64,000 bases of DNA from an uncultured Methanoregulaceae archaeon (GTDB lineage: Archaea > Halobacteriota > Methanomicrobia > Methanomicrobiales > Methanospirillaceae), in NCBI GenBank assembly GCA_963717525.1, contig OY970343.1:288001-352000 (forward strand), read 5' to 3'. Below, piece after piece: positions 8,345-18,840 of this stretch. Every line of letters starts with the position of its first letter. Within the stretch, counting starts at the first letter, position 1. Under the pieces are notes generated by a model. It did not search any database, was not told the DNA's origin, and saw only the letters and a program-made list of their open reading frames with translations. The position numbers were made by a program, and so were the translations under genes.

Positions 8345-9436
8345 ATGCAGATACCTGTAGCGCGGCCGGTGATTGGTCCGGATGAGGTGGCGGCCGTATC
8401 GGATGTGCTGATGTCCGGTATGCTGGCACAGGGGGAGAGGGTTGCCGAGTTCGAGCAGAAGTTTGCCGCGTACTGCGGCACCGCCCATGCGGTAGCAGTC
8501 AACAACGGGACTGCCGCCCTCCATGCGGCCTTGCTTGCGTGTGGTATTGGTTACGGAGACGAGGTGATAGTGCCGGCCTTCTCGTTTATTGCGACCGTGA
8601 CCGCAGTCTCGATGTGCGGCGCCCGACCGGTCTTTGCCGATGTGGACGAGGAGACCTTCAATATCCGCCCTGATCAGGTGAAAGAACGCATCACGCCAAA
8701 GACAAAAGCAGTCATCGGTGTCCACCTCTTCGGCCAGCCGTTCGATGTCGAACCTGTACAGGAGACCTGCGAGGCGAACAATCTTGTGCTCATCGAGGAC
8801 GCGGCACAGGCCCACGGCGCCTTGTACCATGGCGCCAAAGTGGGCAATTTCGGCCGTGCCGGGTGCTTCTCGTTCTATGCCACCAAAAACATGATCACCG
8901 GGGAGGGCGGGATGATCACCACAAGCGACAAGCCCACTGCAGACCGGCTCCGCCTTCTTGTCAACCACGGCCAGAGCGAGAAGTACCTCCACACCGTGCT
9001 TGGCTATAACTACCGGATGACCGATATCTCTGCTGCGATCGGGATTGTCCAGCTCAAAAAACTGGACAAGTTCAACCTGCGCCGGAGAAAGAACGCGGAG
9101 TACTATGCGGCAAACCTTTCGGCAAAGGGGCTTGTAAAGCCGAAGGTTGCCGGGAACGTGCAGCACGTGTACCACCAGTATGTCGTCAGGCTTACGGAAG
9201 AGTTCCCGCTCTCCCGGACAGCATTTATGGAGTATCTCAAGGCAAAAGGGATAGGGTCGGCGGTTCACTACCCCCTACCGATCCACCGCCAGCCCCTGTA
9301 CGCACCGGTAGCAGAACCCGATCCCTGCCCGGTGGCAACCCGTCTTGCAGCGACCGTGCTCTCCCTGCCGGTGCACCCGTCGCTTGACACAAAGGACCTC
9401 GCCTATATCTGCGAGACAATCAATAAGGTGAAATAA
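8345..9436 (+). CDS. DegT/DnrJ/EryC1/StrS PLP aminotransferase (WbpE-like)
   Basis: NGTAALH, IEDAAQAHG, FSFYATKN, GYNYRM. Confidence 0.92.
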   Translation: MQIPVARPVIGPDEVAAVSDVLMSGMLAQGERVAEFEQKFAAYCGTAHAVAVNNGTAALHAALLACGIGYGDEVIVPAFSFIATVTAVSMCGARPVFADVDEETFNIRPDQVKERITPKTKAVIGVHLFGQPFDVEPVQETCEANNLVLIEDAAQAHGALYHGAKVGNFGRAGCFSFYATKNMITGEGGMITTSDKPTADRLRLLVNHGQSEKYLHTVLGYNYRMTDISAAIGIVQLKKLDKFNLRRRKNAEYYAANLSAKGLVKPKVAGNVQHVYHQYVVRLTEEFPLSRTAFMEYLKAKGIGSAVHYPLPIHRQPLYAPVAEPDPCPVATRLAATVLSLPVHPSLDTKDLAYICETINKVK

Positions 9437-9437
9437 C

Positions 9438-10361
9438 ATGGATGTCGGGGTTATTGGTGTCGGGACGATGGGAAGAAACCACGTCAGGGTCTATTCAGAA
9501 TTAAAAACCGTAAACCATCTCGGGGTCTGCGATATGAACGCAGAGGCTGCCGCAACGATTGGGAAGCAGCATGGCGCGACAGTGTACCCTTCGGTCGAAG
9601 AACTTCTCCGGCATGTTGATGGGGTGAGCATCTGCGTCCCGACCCCGTTCCACGCGAAGGTCGCAGGCCAGGTCTTTGCGGCAAAAAAACATACATTTAT
9701 CGAAAAACCGATCTGCGCAACGGCGGCAGAGGCACGCACGCTCATGACCGGTGCCCCAAAAGGGATCACCATCGGCGTGGGGCACATCGAGCGCTTCAAC
9801 CCGATAGTCGCAGAGATAAAAAAGATCGTGACAAAACCCTTGTATATCGAGATGAAAAGGCACAACCCGGCATCGGCCCGGGTGACGGGAAGCTCCGTGG
9901 TCGAGGACCTGATGATCCACGATATCGATATTATCATCAATGTGTTCTTCCCGAATCCCTGCCACATCTATTCCGTGGGAAATGCCGACCTGTGCAGCGT
10001 GCTCATGGAGTGCGGGGGCGTGCCTGTTGCGCTCTCGGCAAGCCGTAAGGCCTCAAAGAAGATCCGGATGATCTATATTGAGGAGGAGGACTTCACGGTT
10101 GAAGGTGACTTCATGAGCCAGGAGGTCACGATCTACCGGAAGCCCGGCCGGTACCAGTTCGAGAACGAGCGGTACGTGCAGGAGAACATCATCGAGAAGG
10201 TGATGGTTAACAAGGTCGAACCTTTGAAGGTGGAGCTTGCGACTTTCATTGATTGTGCACAGAAGCATATACCCTTCCCGGTCACACCGGAACAGGCGAT
10301 CCGCAACCTCGTGGTCAGTGAGCAGATCCGGGCCGGTTTTGCGACCAGAGCACCGGTATGA
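9438..10361 (+). CDS. Gfo/Idh/MocA oxidoreductase (WbpB-like nucleotide-sugar 3-dehydrogenase)
   Basis: GVGTMG, EKP, GHIERFNP, DLMIHD. Confidence 0.88.
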   Translation: MDVGVIGVGTMGRNHVRVYSELKTVNHLGVCDMNAEAAATIGKQHGATVYPSVEELLRHVDGVSICVPTPFHAKVAGQVFAAKKHTFIEKPICATAAEARTLMTGAPKGITIGVGHIERFNPIVAEIKKIVTKPLYIEMKRHNPASARVTGSSVVEDLMIHDIDIIINVFFPNPCHIYSVGNADLCSVLMECGGVPVALSASRKASKKIRMIYIEEEDFTVEGDFMSQEVTIYRKPGRYQFENERYVQENIIEKVMVNKVEPLKVELATFIDCAQKHIPFPVTPEQAIRNLVVSEQIRAGFATRAPV

Positions 10362-11788
10362 CGCTCGATGCACTGATAAAAAAACGGGGTCCGATCCGGA
10401 AAATCGGCGTGATCGGTATGGGATATGTCGGTATCCCGGCCGCCGCTCTCTTTGCCGACTCCCCGAAATTCGAGCACGTGTACGGCTTCCAGCGGGACTC
10501 GCCTTCTTCGGGATACAAGATCGCGATGCTCAACCGGGGCGAAAGCCCGCTCAAAGGGGAGGAGCCGGGGCTTGAGGCGCTGCTCAAAAAGGTCGTCGGG
10601 GTTCACAAGTTCGAGTGCACGGCCGATTTTTCCAAAATAGCAGGTCTTGACGCGGTGACCCTCTCCATCCAGACCCCGTTTCTGGACAAGGACGACCTTA
10701 TTCCCGATTTTTCGGCGTTGTACGAAGGGATCCGGAACGTGGGCCGCAATATGAGGCCCGGGATGCTTGTGGTCCTTGAATCCACGATCACCCCGGGCAC
10801 GACCATCGGCCCGGCCCGGGCGATGCTCGAAGAGGAGTCGGACCTTATTGCGGGCGTGGACTTTGCACTTGCCCACGCCCCCGAGCGGGTGATGGTGGGC
10901 CGGTTGATCAGGAATATCCGGGAGCACGACCGGGTCGTGGGCGGGATCGACCCGGCCAGTACAGCCCGGGCAGCCGAACTCTATTCACCGTTACTGACGG
11001 TCGGGAAGGTGATCCCGATGACCGCAACGGCCGCCGAGGTCACCAAGACCGCCGAGAACACCTTCCGCGACCTCCAGATCGCGGCAGCAAATGAACTGGC
11101 GCTCTATTGTGAGGCGATGGGAGTCAATTTCTACGATGTGAGGGGCGGAATCGACAGCCTCAAAGGCGAGGGGATCACCCGGGCGATGCTCTGGCCCGGG
11201 GCCGGGGTGGGCGGCCATTGCCTGACAAAAGACACCTACCACCTCGAACGCGGTGTGAAGCAGCTGGGAAAGGACATTCTCGACTACCCCGAAAAAGAAC
11301 CCTCTCTCTTTGTGCTTGCCCGCACCATCAACGACTTCATGCCACGGCACATGCTCCGGCTTACATCAGATGGCCTTGCCCGGGCAGGTACTCCGATAAG
11401 AGGGGCAAAGATCGCACTCCTTGGCTGGGCATTCCTTGCCAATTCCGACGATACGAGGAACACCCCCTCCGGACCGTTCCGCGATTACCTGATCGCCGCC
11501 GGGACTACGGTCACCGTCCATGACCCCCACGTCGGGCATGCCCCGGGCCTGAGCCTGACCCCCTCGCATGAGGAGGCTATCCGGGGAGCGGATGCCGTGG
11601 TCGTCTTTGCCGGCCACCGCCAGTACCGCTCGCTCGACCCACGGCAGGTCAAGGCTTTGACCAGAAAGGAGCACCCGGTCATTGTGGATGGCAGGAATAT
11701 CATCGACCCTGATGCCTGGATCGGCGCCGGGTTCATCTACAAAGGGATCGGGCGGGGTGACAAGAACAACCATCCCATAAAAGATTAA
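10358..11788 (+). CDS. UDP-N-acetylhexosamine/nucleotide-sugar 6-dehydrogenase (WbpA/WecC family)
   Basis: GMGYVG, ESTITPGTT, PER, K.AENTFRD, GVGGHCL.KD. Confidence 0.9.
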   Translation: MTLDALIKKRGPIRKIGVIGMGYVGIPAAALFADSPKFEHVYGFQRDSPSSGYKIAMLNRGESPLKGEEPGLEALLKKVVGVHKFECTADFSKIAGLDAVTLSIQTPFLDKDDLIPDFSALYEGIRNVGRNMRPGMLVVLESTITPGTTIGPARAMLEEESDLIAGVDFALAHAPERVMVGRLIRNIREHDRVVGGIDPASTARAAELYSPLLTVGKVIPMTATAAEVTKTAENTFRDLQIAAANELALYCEAMGVNFYDVRGGIDSLKGEGITRAMLWPGAGVGGHCLTKDTYHLERGVKQLGKDILDYPEKEPSLFVLARTINDFMPRHMLRLTSDGLARAGTPIRGAKIALLGWAFLANSDDTRNTPSGPFRDYLIAAGTTVTVHDPHVGHAPGLSLTPSHEEAIRGADAVVVFAGHRQYRSLDPRQVKALTRKEHPVIVDGRNIIDPDAWIGAGFIYKGIGRGDKNNHPIKD

Positions 11789-11842
11789 TTCCCCGGCAGG
11801 GATACGTGGCCAGCCACCGGGGCCGGGTTTTCCGTGCCCGTT

Positions 11843-12568
11843 TTATTTCCTTGCGATCGTGATGTACCCTGAGTGGCTCACGCTCGTTGAGGGCCGGGTC
11901 CCGCGTTTTGACCGGGTCATCTCGCGCTCGATCAACTCATGGGTGTGGACCTCGGGGAAGCGTGCCTGCGCCGCGTCCACCACGATTGCCATCTGTTCCA
12001 GAAACGGTGTGTAGCAGGCAAGGTAGCCCCCCGCACGGAGGTGGTCATAGGCGAATGCCACATGTTCAGTTGCGATCTGCAGGTCGAGGTGGATCACGTC
12101 ATAGATGCCTTCAGCGGTGAGAACATCGGCGGCTACTGCTTCCACGTTGTCGAGTTTGGCCTCTTTGATGTTTTTTAGAGCCAGCGCGGAGAAATCAGGC
12201 CTGATTTCGTATGTCTTCACGTGCGCTGCGATCCCGCCAAAATAGATTGCCGCGATCCCGCTGCCCGTCCCCGCATCGAGAACCTCGTCGCTCCGGTTCA
12301 TGCCGGTGTACGCGATCACGAGGCCGATATCCTTAGGGAGCATCGGGGCGCCGGAGCGCTTGCCATGCACGAAAAAGTCCGTGGGCCGGGGAATGCGGAG
12401 CACGAACTGTGCCCCGGTGTGGGTGGTAAATACATCGCCCGGCGCTGCCCCCACCAGCTGGGCAAGATCGAGCTGGCCCTTATCGGTCGAAAGCGTGCCC
12501 GGGCCTGCCCGGATAAAAAATTCCCGCCCCTCACCGACCAAAAGGACACGGTCGCCGGTTTCAATCAT
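11843..12568 (-). CDS. trmI: tRNA (adenine-N1) methyltransferase, TrmI/GCD14 family
   Basis: PKDIG, DAGTGSG, YEIRPDF, TRP...HSGY. Confidence 0.85.
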   Translation of the reverse strand: MIETGDRVLLVGEGREFFIRAGPGTLSTDKGQLDLAQLVGAAPGDVFTTHTGAQFVLRIPRPTDFFVHGKRSGAPMLPKDIGLVIAYTGMNRSDEVLDAGTGSGIAAIYFGGIAAHVKTYEIRPDFSALALKNIKEAKLDNVEAVAADVLTAEGIYDVIHLDLQIATEHVAFAYDHLRAGGYLACYTPFLEQMAIVVDAAQARFPEVHTHELIEREMTRSKRGTRPSTSVSHSGYITIARK

Positions 12569-12907
12569 GGCGAGGAGAGTTTCACGATCGCTTCTGCAAT
12601 ATCGCCTTTGGTCGCGACAAGGGCTTCCTTTGCCTTCTCGACCGGCACCTGCGCCTGTTCGGCGACCATGGCAATATCCTCAGGCAGGAATCTCAACGGC
12701 TGTCTCTTCAAAGTGCGGCTTACCGGTGATCTGGTAGGTCGTGACACCCTGCATGGTCATCTCCGTCACTTCGGAGGGGCCAAACACCCAGTTGCCTTTC
12801 GGCGTCTTTATGACAATACTCTGGACGTCTTCAATCGTCTCGACCTGCATGCCGAGCTTCTTCATCATCGCCTTCATCTGCCGTGGATTGATGTTTCCCG
12901 GAAGCAT
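12565..12907 (-). CDS. nac: Nascent polypeptide-associated complex protein (frameshift near 12690)
   Basis: NPRQMKAMMKKLGM...YQITG in one frame; EDIAMVAEQA...GDIAEAI (UBA) in the next. Confidence 0.88.
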
Positions 12908-13385
12908 TCTTCGCACTCCCCTGCCGTACTCTTACCGCTGCACCGTAATTAAATGCAATCATCTCCGCTCCTGAAAGGAGCGCAGCGCCGCAGGCAACGA
13001 GCCGATCGCCGCCCGCGACCACCAGCACGTCATCCCCCGCGCGGATCTGCGGGTCGGCCGCGACCACGTGTTTTGAAAACGCGTTCTTTCCCTGCGCCAC
13101 AAACTCTGCCACATCGTCACGGATCACGACCCGGTAGCCGGGTGTCGGGAGGATCGCATGAAGCCGGCGTGCCCCCTCCATCCCGAGCGTGAGCCTGCCG
13201 TCCGAGGCCCGGATCGTTGCAAGCCGCACGCCCCCGAACAGGATCTGCCGGACACGTCCCGTCGTCGAGAGGAGGAATTCGCAGCCCTCGGGAAAGAGCC
13301 CGGTTCCCACAAGGCTCCCGAACTGGTAGTCAGCAATCGCCTGCACCCTGCGAAGCGAACTGTTCTCCGAGTATCCTGTTGACAC
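12831..13385 (-). CDS. PUA-domain protein (archaeosine TGT C-terminal-like)
   Basis: IADYQFG, TGRVRQI, DGRLTL, GKNAFSKHV, IRAGDDVLVV; start approximate. Confidence 0.8.
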   Translation of the reverse strand: MSTGYSENSSLRRVQAIADYQFGSLVGTGLFPEGCEFLLSTTGRVRQILFGGVRLATIRASDGRLTLGMEGARRLHAILPTPGYRVVIRDDVAEFVAQGKNAFSKHVVAADPQIRAGDDVLVVAGGDRLVACGAALLSGAEMIAFNYGAAVRVRQGSAKNASGKHQSTADEGDDEEARHAGRDD

Positions 13386-14730
13386 GGTTGACAAACTCCT
13401 GTTCTGCGGATTTGGGGATAAACGCTCCGGCCGCGATCTTGTGCCCCCCGCCCCCGCCGCCGTACTCAGCCGAGGCATCGCTGATAGCCTTCTGGAGGTC
13501 GATCCCCTTTTCAATGATCCGTTCGGTTGTGCGCATCGAGATCTTGGTGAGGTTCTTGTCCTCGGGAACTTCGCACATGATCAGGATGGGTTTTTTACTG
13601 TTTAACTTCGAGAGCGCCATACCCGCGCCGATACCCACGATGGTATCCGGGAACTTCCCCCCGACGTGGAGGTACTGGACGTTCTCGAGTTCGGTGACTC
13701 CTGTTTCGATAATGTACTGGAGCAGATTTCGTATGATCGCACGGTGGTTGCCGAGCATGTGTTCAGCCTCCCGGTAGGCCGTGCCCCGGTCTCCTTTGAG
13801 GATCGCACTCCCGACCGCCGGTTTTGTCCACCGGCCGCAGGCATTGAGGAGCGTTGCGTACTCCTGAGCGTTCCGCAGCGGTGTCCGCGGGATCTCGTCC
13901 GGGAACCGGTAGGTCTCTGCGAGGAGCCGGTCCACGCTCTCGCCGTTAGCGATCAGCTGCTCGGCCAGCGCGGACGTTATCGTGCGCCGGTACTCATCGG
14001 AGAGTTCCTCCCAGACATACCAGCGCCCGTCCGGGGTCTGCTGGACAATGCCCAGCTTTTTCAGGAACTGCCGTGCCCCCTCGGGGTTGTTGCTGATCCC
14101 TTTGATGAACGGGTCGTCGTTATAGGCAAGCGAGAGGTGGACCGGCCGGGTCGCGGTGCCGTAGCAGTTGAGGTCTTTTTTGCAGACCTTCACCGACCGG
14201 TGCCGGACACCGTCCTCCACAATCAGGTCGCGGGCCGGGCCGACCAGCCCGCAGGTCTCCCGGGCCATCATGTCCCCGACATTCCCGATCACCGCGATCT
14301 TCGCGAGGTCGATGTTTGCTTCGTCCATCTGCTTTGCGATGAGATAGGAGACACCGGCAGCGCTCATCTTCGTGTACCCGTACGGGAGGCAGTTGACCTG
14401 CGGATACGTGACATCGCCGGGCTGGCTGACATGGTGGTCGACAATCAGCACATCCTTCTCTTTGAGCCCCCGCCCGGCAAGGAGATTCTGCTGGCCGGCA
14501 CCGAGATCCGTGAATACCTTGAACGACTCATCATCAGGCACCTGCGGCATGGTGAGCGGTTCAAGCTGCCGGACAAAAACGGAACGGACACAAATCCCGT
14601 GGCGGGAGATGGCCTGTGAGAGGATCGCTTCACTGGAGATGCCATCCGCATCGATGTGGGAGATGATGGTTATCTCGTGCGCAGCCGTGATCTGCTCGGC
14701 AGCCGCCTTCACATCATCGTTAAAACCCAT
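13330..14730 (-). CDS. RecJ-like DHH/DHHA1 phosphoesterase
   Basis: HIDADG, DLG, DHH, GGGHKIAAGA. Confidence 0.9.
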   Translation of the reverse strand: MGFNDDVKAAAEQITAAHEITIISHIDADGISSEAILSQAISRHGICVRSVFVRQLEPLTMPQVPDDESFKVFTDLGAGQQNLLAGRGLKEKDVLIVDHHVSQPGDVTYPQVNCLPYGYTKMSAAGVSYLIAKQMDEANIDLAKIAVIGNVGDMMARETCGLVGPARDLIVEDGVRHRSVKVCKKDLNCYGTATRPVHLSLAYNDDPFIKGISNNPEGARQFLKKLGIVQQTPDGRWYVWEELSDEYRRTITSALAEQLIANGESVDRLLAETYRFPDEIPRTPLRNAQEYATLLNACGRWTKPAVGSAILKGDRGTAYREAEHMLGNHRAIIRNLLQYIIETGVTELENVQYLHVGGKFPDTIVGIGAGMALSKLNSKKPILIMCEVPEDKNLTKISMRTTERIIEKGIDLQKAISDASAEYGGGGGGHKIAAGAFIPKSAEQEFVNRVNRILGEQFASQGAGDC

Positions 14731-14771
14731 TACCTATTATTTATGGAGTCAATACAGATGAAGTGTGTCAT

Positions 14772-16196
14772 ATGTTTGACCTGTCATCCTGTGCAGAAGA
14801 GTTCCTTGAGGACGGGATCATCACTCATGAGCGGATGCGTGCGGTGGATGCAAACGCGCAGGCGCTTGGGGTGACCGGCCTCCAGCTGATGGAGAGCGCG
14901 GGGAAGGCCCTTGCGGCATCCGTTCTAGCACTTCGCCCAAAAGTCGTGCTTATCCTCTGCGGCCGGGGCAACAACGGGGGTGACGGCATGGTTGCGGCCC
15001 GGTACCTCCAGCGCGGGGTGGACACCACGGTCTGGTATCTTGATAACGGCACGCGTACTCCTTCCTGTGCTCACCAGCTTGCGGCACTCAAAGGCTGCCG
15101 GGTGACGCTCCACCCGTTTGTATCCACTGATGACCTCCGGATCCTTGCCCCCTGCATTGGTGAAGCGGATGTGATCGTTGACGCCCTGCTCGGGACCGGG
15201 GCAGCAGGAACGCTTAAAGAACCGCTGGCGACCTGCGTGGAGATGGCCAACACGTCACGGGCAAAAATTATTGCGGCAGACGTGCCCTCTCCTGGTATGC
15301 GGGCTGACCGGATCTGCGCGTTCCACCGGCCCAAGGTAAAGGGATCGGATATTATCGATATCGGGATCCCCTTCGGGGCAGAAGTCTGCACCGGGCCGGG
15401 AGAGCTGACGCTTATCCCGGTACGGAGCAGGACCAGCCACAAGGGTGTAGGAGGCGAAGTGCTCGTGATCGGCGGCGGGCCGTACCAGGGTGCCCCCTAC
15501 CTTGCCGGCCTCGGGGCATTGCGGGCCGGGGCGGACATCGTCAGGATCGCATCGCCGGTCTTTGAGCCGGTACCGGACCTTATCTACGAACGCCTGTTCG
15601 GGGATCGGATCGGGGAGGAGCACACGGAACGGCTCATCGCGCTCGCTGAGCATGCGGACGTGGTGGTCTGCGGGAACGGGCTTGGCCTGGAGAGCCACGG
15701 GGTGGTGCTCGCGGTTGCCCCCTATTGTAAAAAGGTGGTCTTCGATGCCGATGCTCTCCGGCTGCCGCTCCCGAAAGCAGCACAGGAGACGCTGTACACC
15801 CCGCATGCCGGTGAGTTTGCCCGGATCGCGGGCAGGTATCCGATTCCCGGTGATGCAGCCGATGCATGCGGCAGGGCCCGGGCAGCAAAACTGTCGGCAA
15901 AGGATCTGGGGGCTACAATCCTCCTCAAAGGGCCGGTGGATATCATCACGGACGGACGCCGGGTCAGGTTTAACCGGACCGGTGATCCGGCTATGAGCGT
16001 TGGCGGGACCGGGGATGTGCTGGCCGGTGTCTGCGGCGCCCTCCTCTGCCACCTCCCGGCCTTCGAGGCGGCCTGCATCGCTGCGTACGTGACCGGCCGG
16101 GCTGGGGAGCGCGTGGCAGAAAAGAGGGGAGAGGGCATGCTTGCCTCTGATCTTGTGGACCGCATCCCGGAAGAGCTGTTCAGGAGGCATACATAA
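14772..16196 (+). CDS. nnr: Bifunctional NAD(P)H-hydrate epimerase/dehydratase
   Basis: LMESAG, GNNGGDG, DALLGTG, SHKG, DADAL, TPHAGEF, GGTGDVLAG. Confidence 0.92.
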   Translation: MFDLSSCAEEFLEDGIITHERMRAVDANAQALGVTGLQLMESAGKALAASVLALRPKVVLILCGRGNNGGDGMVAARYLQRGVDTTVWYLDNGTRTPSCAHQLAALKGCRVTLHPFVSTDDLRILAPCIGEADVIVDALLGTGAAGTLKEPLATCVEMANTSRAKIIAADVPSPGMRADRICAFHRPKVKGSDIIDIGIPFGAEVCTGPGELTLIPVRSRTSHKGVGGEVLVIGGGPYQGAPYLAGLGALRAGADIVRIASPVFEPVPDLIYERLFGDRIGEEHTERLIALAEHADVVVCGNGLGLESHGVVLAVAPYCKKVVFDADALRLPLPKAAQETLYTPHAGEFARIAGRYPIPGDAADACGRARAAKLSAKDLGATILLKGPVDIITDGRRVRFNRTGDPAMSVGGTGDVLAGVCGALLCHLPAFEAACIAAYVTGRAGERVAEKRGEGMLASDLVDRIPEELFRRHT

Positions 16197-16663
16197 TGGT
16201 GAAATTTACCCATATTTCGGATGGCAGGGCACAGATGGTGGATATCAGCGCGAAGTCCGACGTCGTGCGCGAAGCGGTGGCTACCGGGAAGATCTACCTT
16301 CGGCCGGCCACCCTCGCGGCGATCCGTGAGGGGATCGTTGTCAAGGGAAACGTGCTTGCCACGGCCCGGGTGGCTGCCACCCTCGCGGTAAAAGAGACGG
16401 CCCGGATAATCCCGATGTGCCACACCATCCAGCTTGGCGCAATCGCGGTTGACTTTAAGGAAGGCGACGGGTTTATCGAAGCGGTTGTCAGGGCAAAATC
16501 TACGGGCAAGACCGGGGTCGAGATGGAGGCCCTGACCGGTGTCTCGGTCGCGCTCCTCACCATCTGGGACATGGTCAAATCCGCAGAAAAAGACGAAAAC
16601 GGCCAGTACCCGGTCACACGGATCGAAGGTATCCGTGTTGTGGAAAAGAAGAAGGGGAAGTAA
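16196..16663 (+). CDS. moaC: Cyclic pyranopterin monophosphate synthase
   Basis: MVDISAK, IPMCH, TGVEMEAL, IWDMVK. Confidence 0.95.
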   Translation: MVKFTHISDGRAQMVDISAKSDVVREAVATGKIYLRPATLAAIREGIVVKGNVLATARVAATLAVKETARIIPMCHTIQLGAIAVDFKEGDGFIEAVVRAKSTGKTGVEMEALTGVSVALLTIWDMVKSAEKDENGQYPVTRIEGIRVVEKKKGK

Positions 16664-16697
16664 ATCACATCCTCTTCGATGATTTTTTAATTAATAA

Positions 16698-16902
16698 CGC
16701 TCTTGGGGGCTAAAGCCCCCGCCGCTGTGGCATCCCACGGCACGATGCTCTACACGCAAAACGCCTCGTCGGGTTTTGCGCTAGCTATTACCTGTTTATC
16801 AGGACAAAACAGGTAATGAGGCCGCCGCGGGGGCGCCCCTTCGGGGGCGGCGGCAGGCCGTTACAGGGAAACTTAAACAACAACTCTTGTTTAAAGAGTC
16901 CC
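16698..16902 (+). repeat. Multi-hairpin intergenic element, copy A (structured repeat/ncRNA candidate)
   Basis: Consecutive stems GGGGGC-TAAA-GCCCCC, CGCAAAAC/GTTTTGCG, ATTACCTGTTT/AAACAGGTAAT and CGCCCC-TTCG-GGGGCG; homologous to the reverse strand of 55151-55317. Confidence 0.7.
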
Positions 16903-17017
16903 GTGCAGCGCCGCGTACTTTAATACCCTCCCTGTCCAATTCTATAGAACTACGGGATCCGTCCCGTTCTAAAGGAATGTAGCCCGCGATGGGCCGAACC
17001 TTGAGGTGTTATAACAG

Positions 17018-17608
17018 ATGGTAAAATCGATGTATGCGTATGTCAGGGATGCGTGGGCGAGACCTGACAAGTCCGAAGTAAAAGCCATGCTCTGGGACCG
17101 GATGCAGGAGTGGCGCCGCGAAGGCAGTGTCACCCGTATCGAACGTCCGACCCGTATCGACCGCGCCCGCTCTCTCGGGTACAAGGCCAAGCAGGGGATT
17201 GCAGTTGTCCGGGTCCATGTTCGCCGCGGTGGCCGCCGCAGTTCCCGGTACGTCCGGGCCCGCCGGTCCGCACGTATGGGTAAGAACCGGAGCACGCCGG
17301 GAAAAAGCATCCAGCGGATCGCCGAGGAACGCGCATCCGGCCGGTACCCGAACATGGAAGTGCTCAATTGGTACTGGGTCGGCCAGGATGGCAAGCTGAA
17401 GTACTACGAAGTTATCCTCGTTGACGGTCACCACCCCTCGATCCGGAGCGACAAGAACCTCGCATGGCTTGCAAACCCGACCCACCGTGGCCGTGCAGAG
17501 CGGGGCAAAACCTCGGCAGGCCGGAAGGGCCGTGGCATGAGGACCCGGGGCCGGGGTACCGAGAAGACCCGCCCGAGCATCCGCTCCCATGCCAACCAGG
17601 GCAAATAA
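17018..17608 (+). CDS. rpl15e: 50S ribosomal protein L15e
   Basis: [37 protein letters not shown]. Confidence 0.97.
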   Translation: MVKSMYAYVRDAWARPDKSEVKAMLWDRMQEWRREGSVTRIERPTRIDRARSLGYKAKQGIAVVRVHVRRGGRRSSRYVRARRSARMGKNRSTPGKSIQRIAEERASGRYPNMEVLNWYWVGQDGKLKYYEVILVDGHHPSIRSDKNLAWLANPTHRGRAERGKTSAGRKGRGMRTRGRGTEKTRPSIRSHANQGK

Positions 17609-17640
17609 TCTTATCCTTTTTTCCCGCTAAGGGTATCTTC

Positions 17641-18286
17641 ATGAAGATCACCGATGCCTGTGTCTATCCCTATCCTGCCGGTGATTCCTCCATCCGCAGG
17701 CTCGCGCTCGAGGCGCGCTCGTGCGGGTATGACAGCATCGTGGTACCAGAGACTTCTGCCGCCGGGATCTGTGGCGTTACCGTGATCCCAGGCACGTTCC
17801 TTGCCGGTATCCCTGCAAAGGATGTCCAGAACCGGATAAAAAAAAGCAGGGGAAGCGGTGCAGTCGTGTCCGTGCAGATGGGGGACAACGGCTTTAACCG
17901 TGCCGTGGCCGGGACAAACGGCGTCCATATCATACGAGGCATCGGTGCGGCTGACAAGCGTGCGTTCGATCACGTGGTGGCCAGGATCGCCGCGGAGAAC
18001 ATCACAGCCATTGATATCGACCTATCGCCGCTCATCTCCGGGCGCGGGCACCCCCGGCAGAAAGCGATCCACCGCTATCTCGATCTTATGGTCCTACACC
18101 GCAGGTTCGAATTCCCGCTCACCATCTCCTCATCGGCCAGGTCTGTTCTTGGCCTGCGGGCCGTGCGTGAGGTCAGCCGGCCTCTGCTCGCTTTTTGGCA
18201 TGGATGAGACCGATGTCCGTGAAGCGTTGGCCGGTGTCGGACGGGCAACCGAACCACGTGAGAGCATCGTAAAGGTGATCCCATGA
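17641..18286 (+). CDS. rnp3: RNase P protein subunit p30 (frameshift near 18175)
   Basis: PHP-like fold, NRAV, FDHVVARIAAE, SSARSVLGLR; conserved gene position. Confidence 0.85.
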
Positions 18287-18840
18287 GTATACGCCCCCCC
18301 ACGCTCCGGGAAAAAAGGCGGTACCTGCTCGCCCGGATCGACCCGGCCGGTACAAACCCCGAGGCAAAAGACCTGTACTACGCGGTATACGAGGCCGTAG
18401 TCTCGCTCTTCGGGGACATGGCAGCAGCCGCGATGCAACCATCGGTACTTGCGGTGGAAGAGGGAAACGTGATCCTGCGCTGCCGCAGGGGTGCCGAACG
18501 GGAGTTTGCCATCGCGCTCTCAACACTAACGACCTGCCGGGATATCCCGGTTGCCCTTCGTATCCGTGCGGTCTCTGGAACCATCGAGAGCCTGCGGGAG
18601 CGGATCGCAGTGTTCTCACCGCAGGAAACATCAGCTGCCGGGCAGGATAGTATACCCACAGATGACGGAAAGTGCGGGACCCCACAGTACCAGTTTGGTT
18701 CCATCCCGGTCGAGATAGTCGTGTGCCACGGTCACAAGGTTGATGCATTAGAAAAGGGATTTAAAAATACACGCCGATTGTTCTTAACAACAGAAGATCT
18801 GGAGATTATCCATGCAACCACAATATCAGATGGGCTATGA
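18283..18840 (+). CDS. rnp2: RNase P protein Rpp14/Pop5
   Basis: [19 protein letters not shown]. Confidence 0.85.
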   Translation: MSIRPPTLREKRRYLLARIDPAGTNPEAKDLYYAVYEAVVSLFGDMAAAAMQPSVLAVEEGNVILRCRRGAEREFAIALSTLTTCRDIPVALRIRAVSGTIESLRERIAVFSPQETSAAGQDSIPTDDGKCGTPQYQFGSIPVEIVVCHGHKVDALEKGFKNTRRLFLTTEDLEIIHATTISDGL

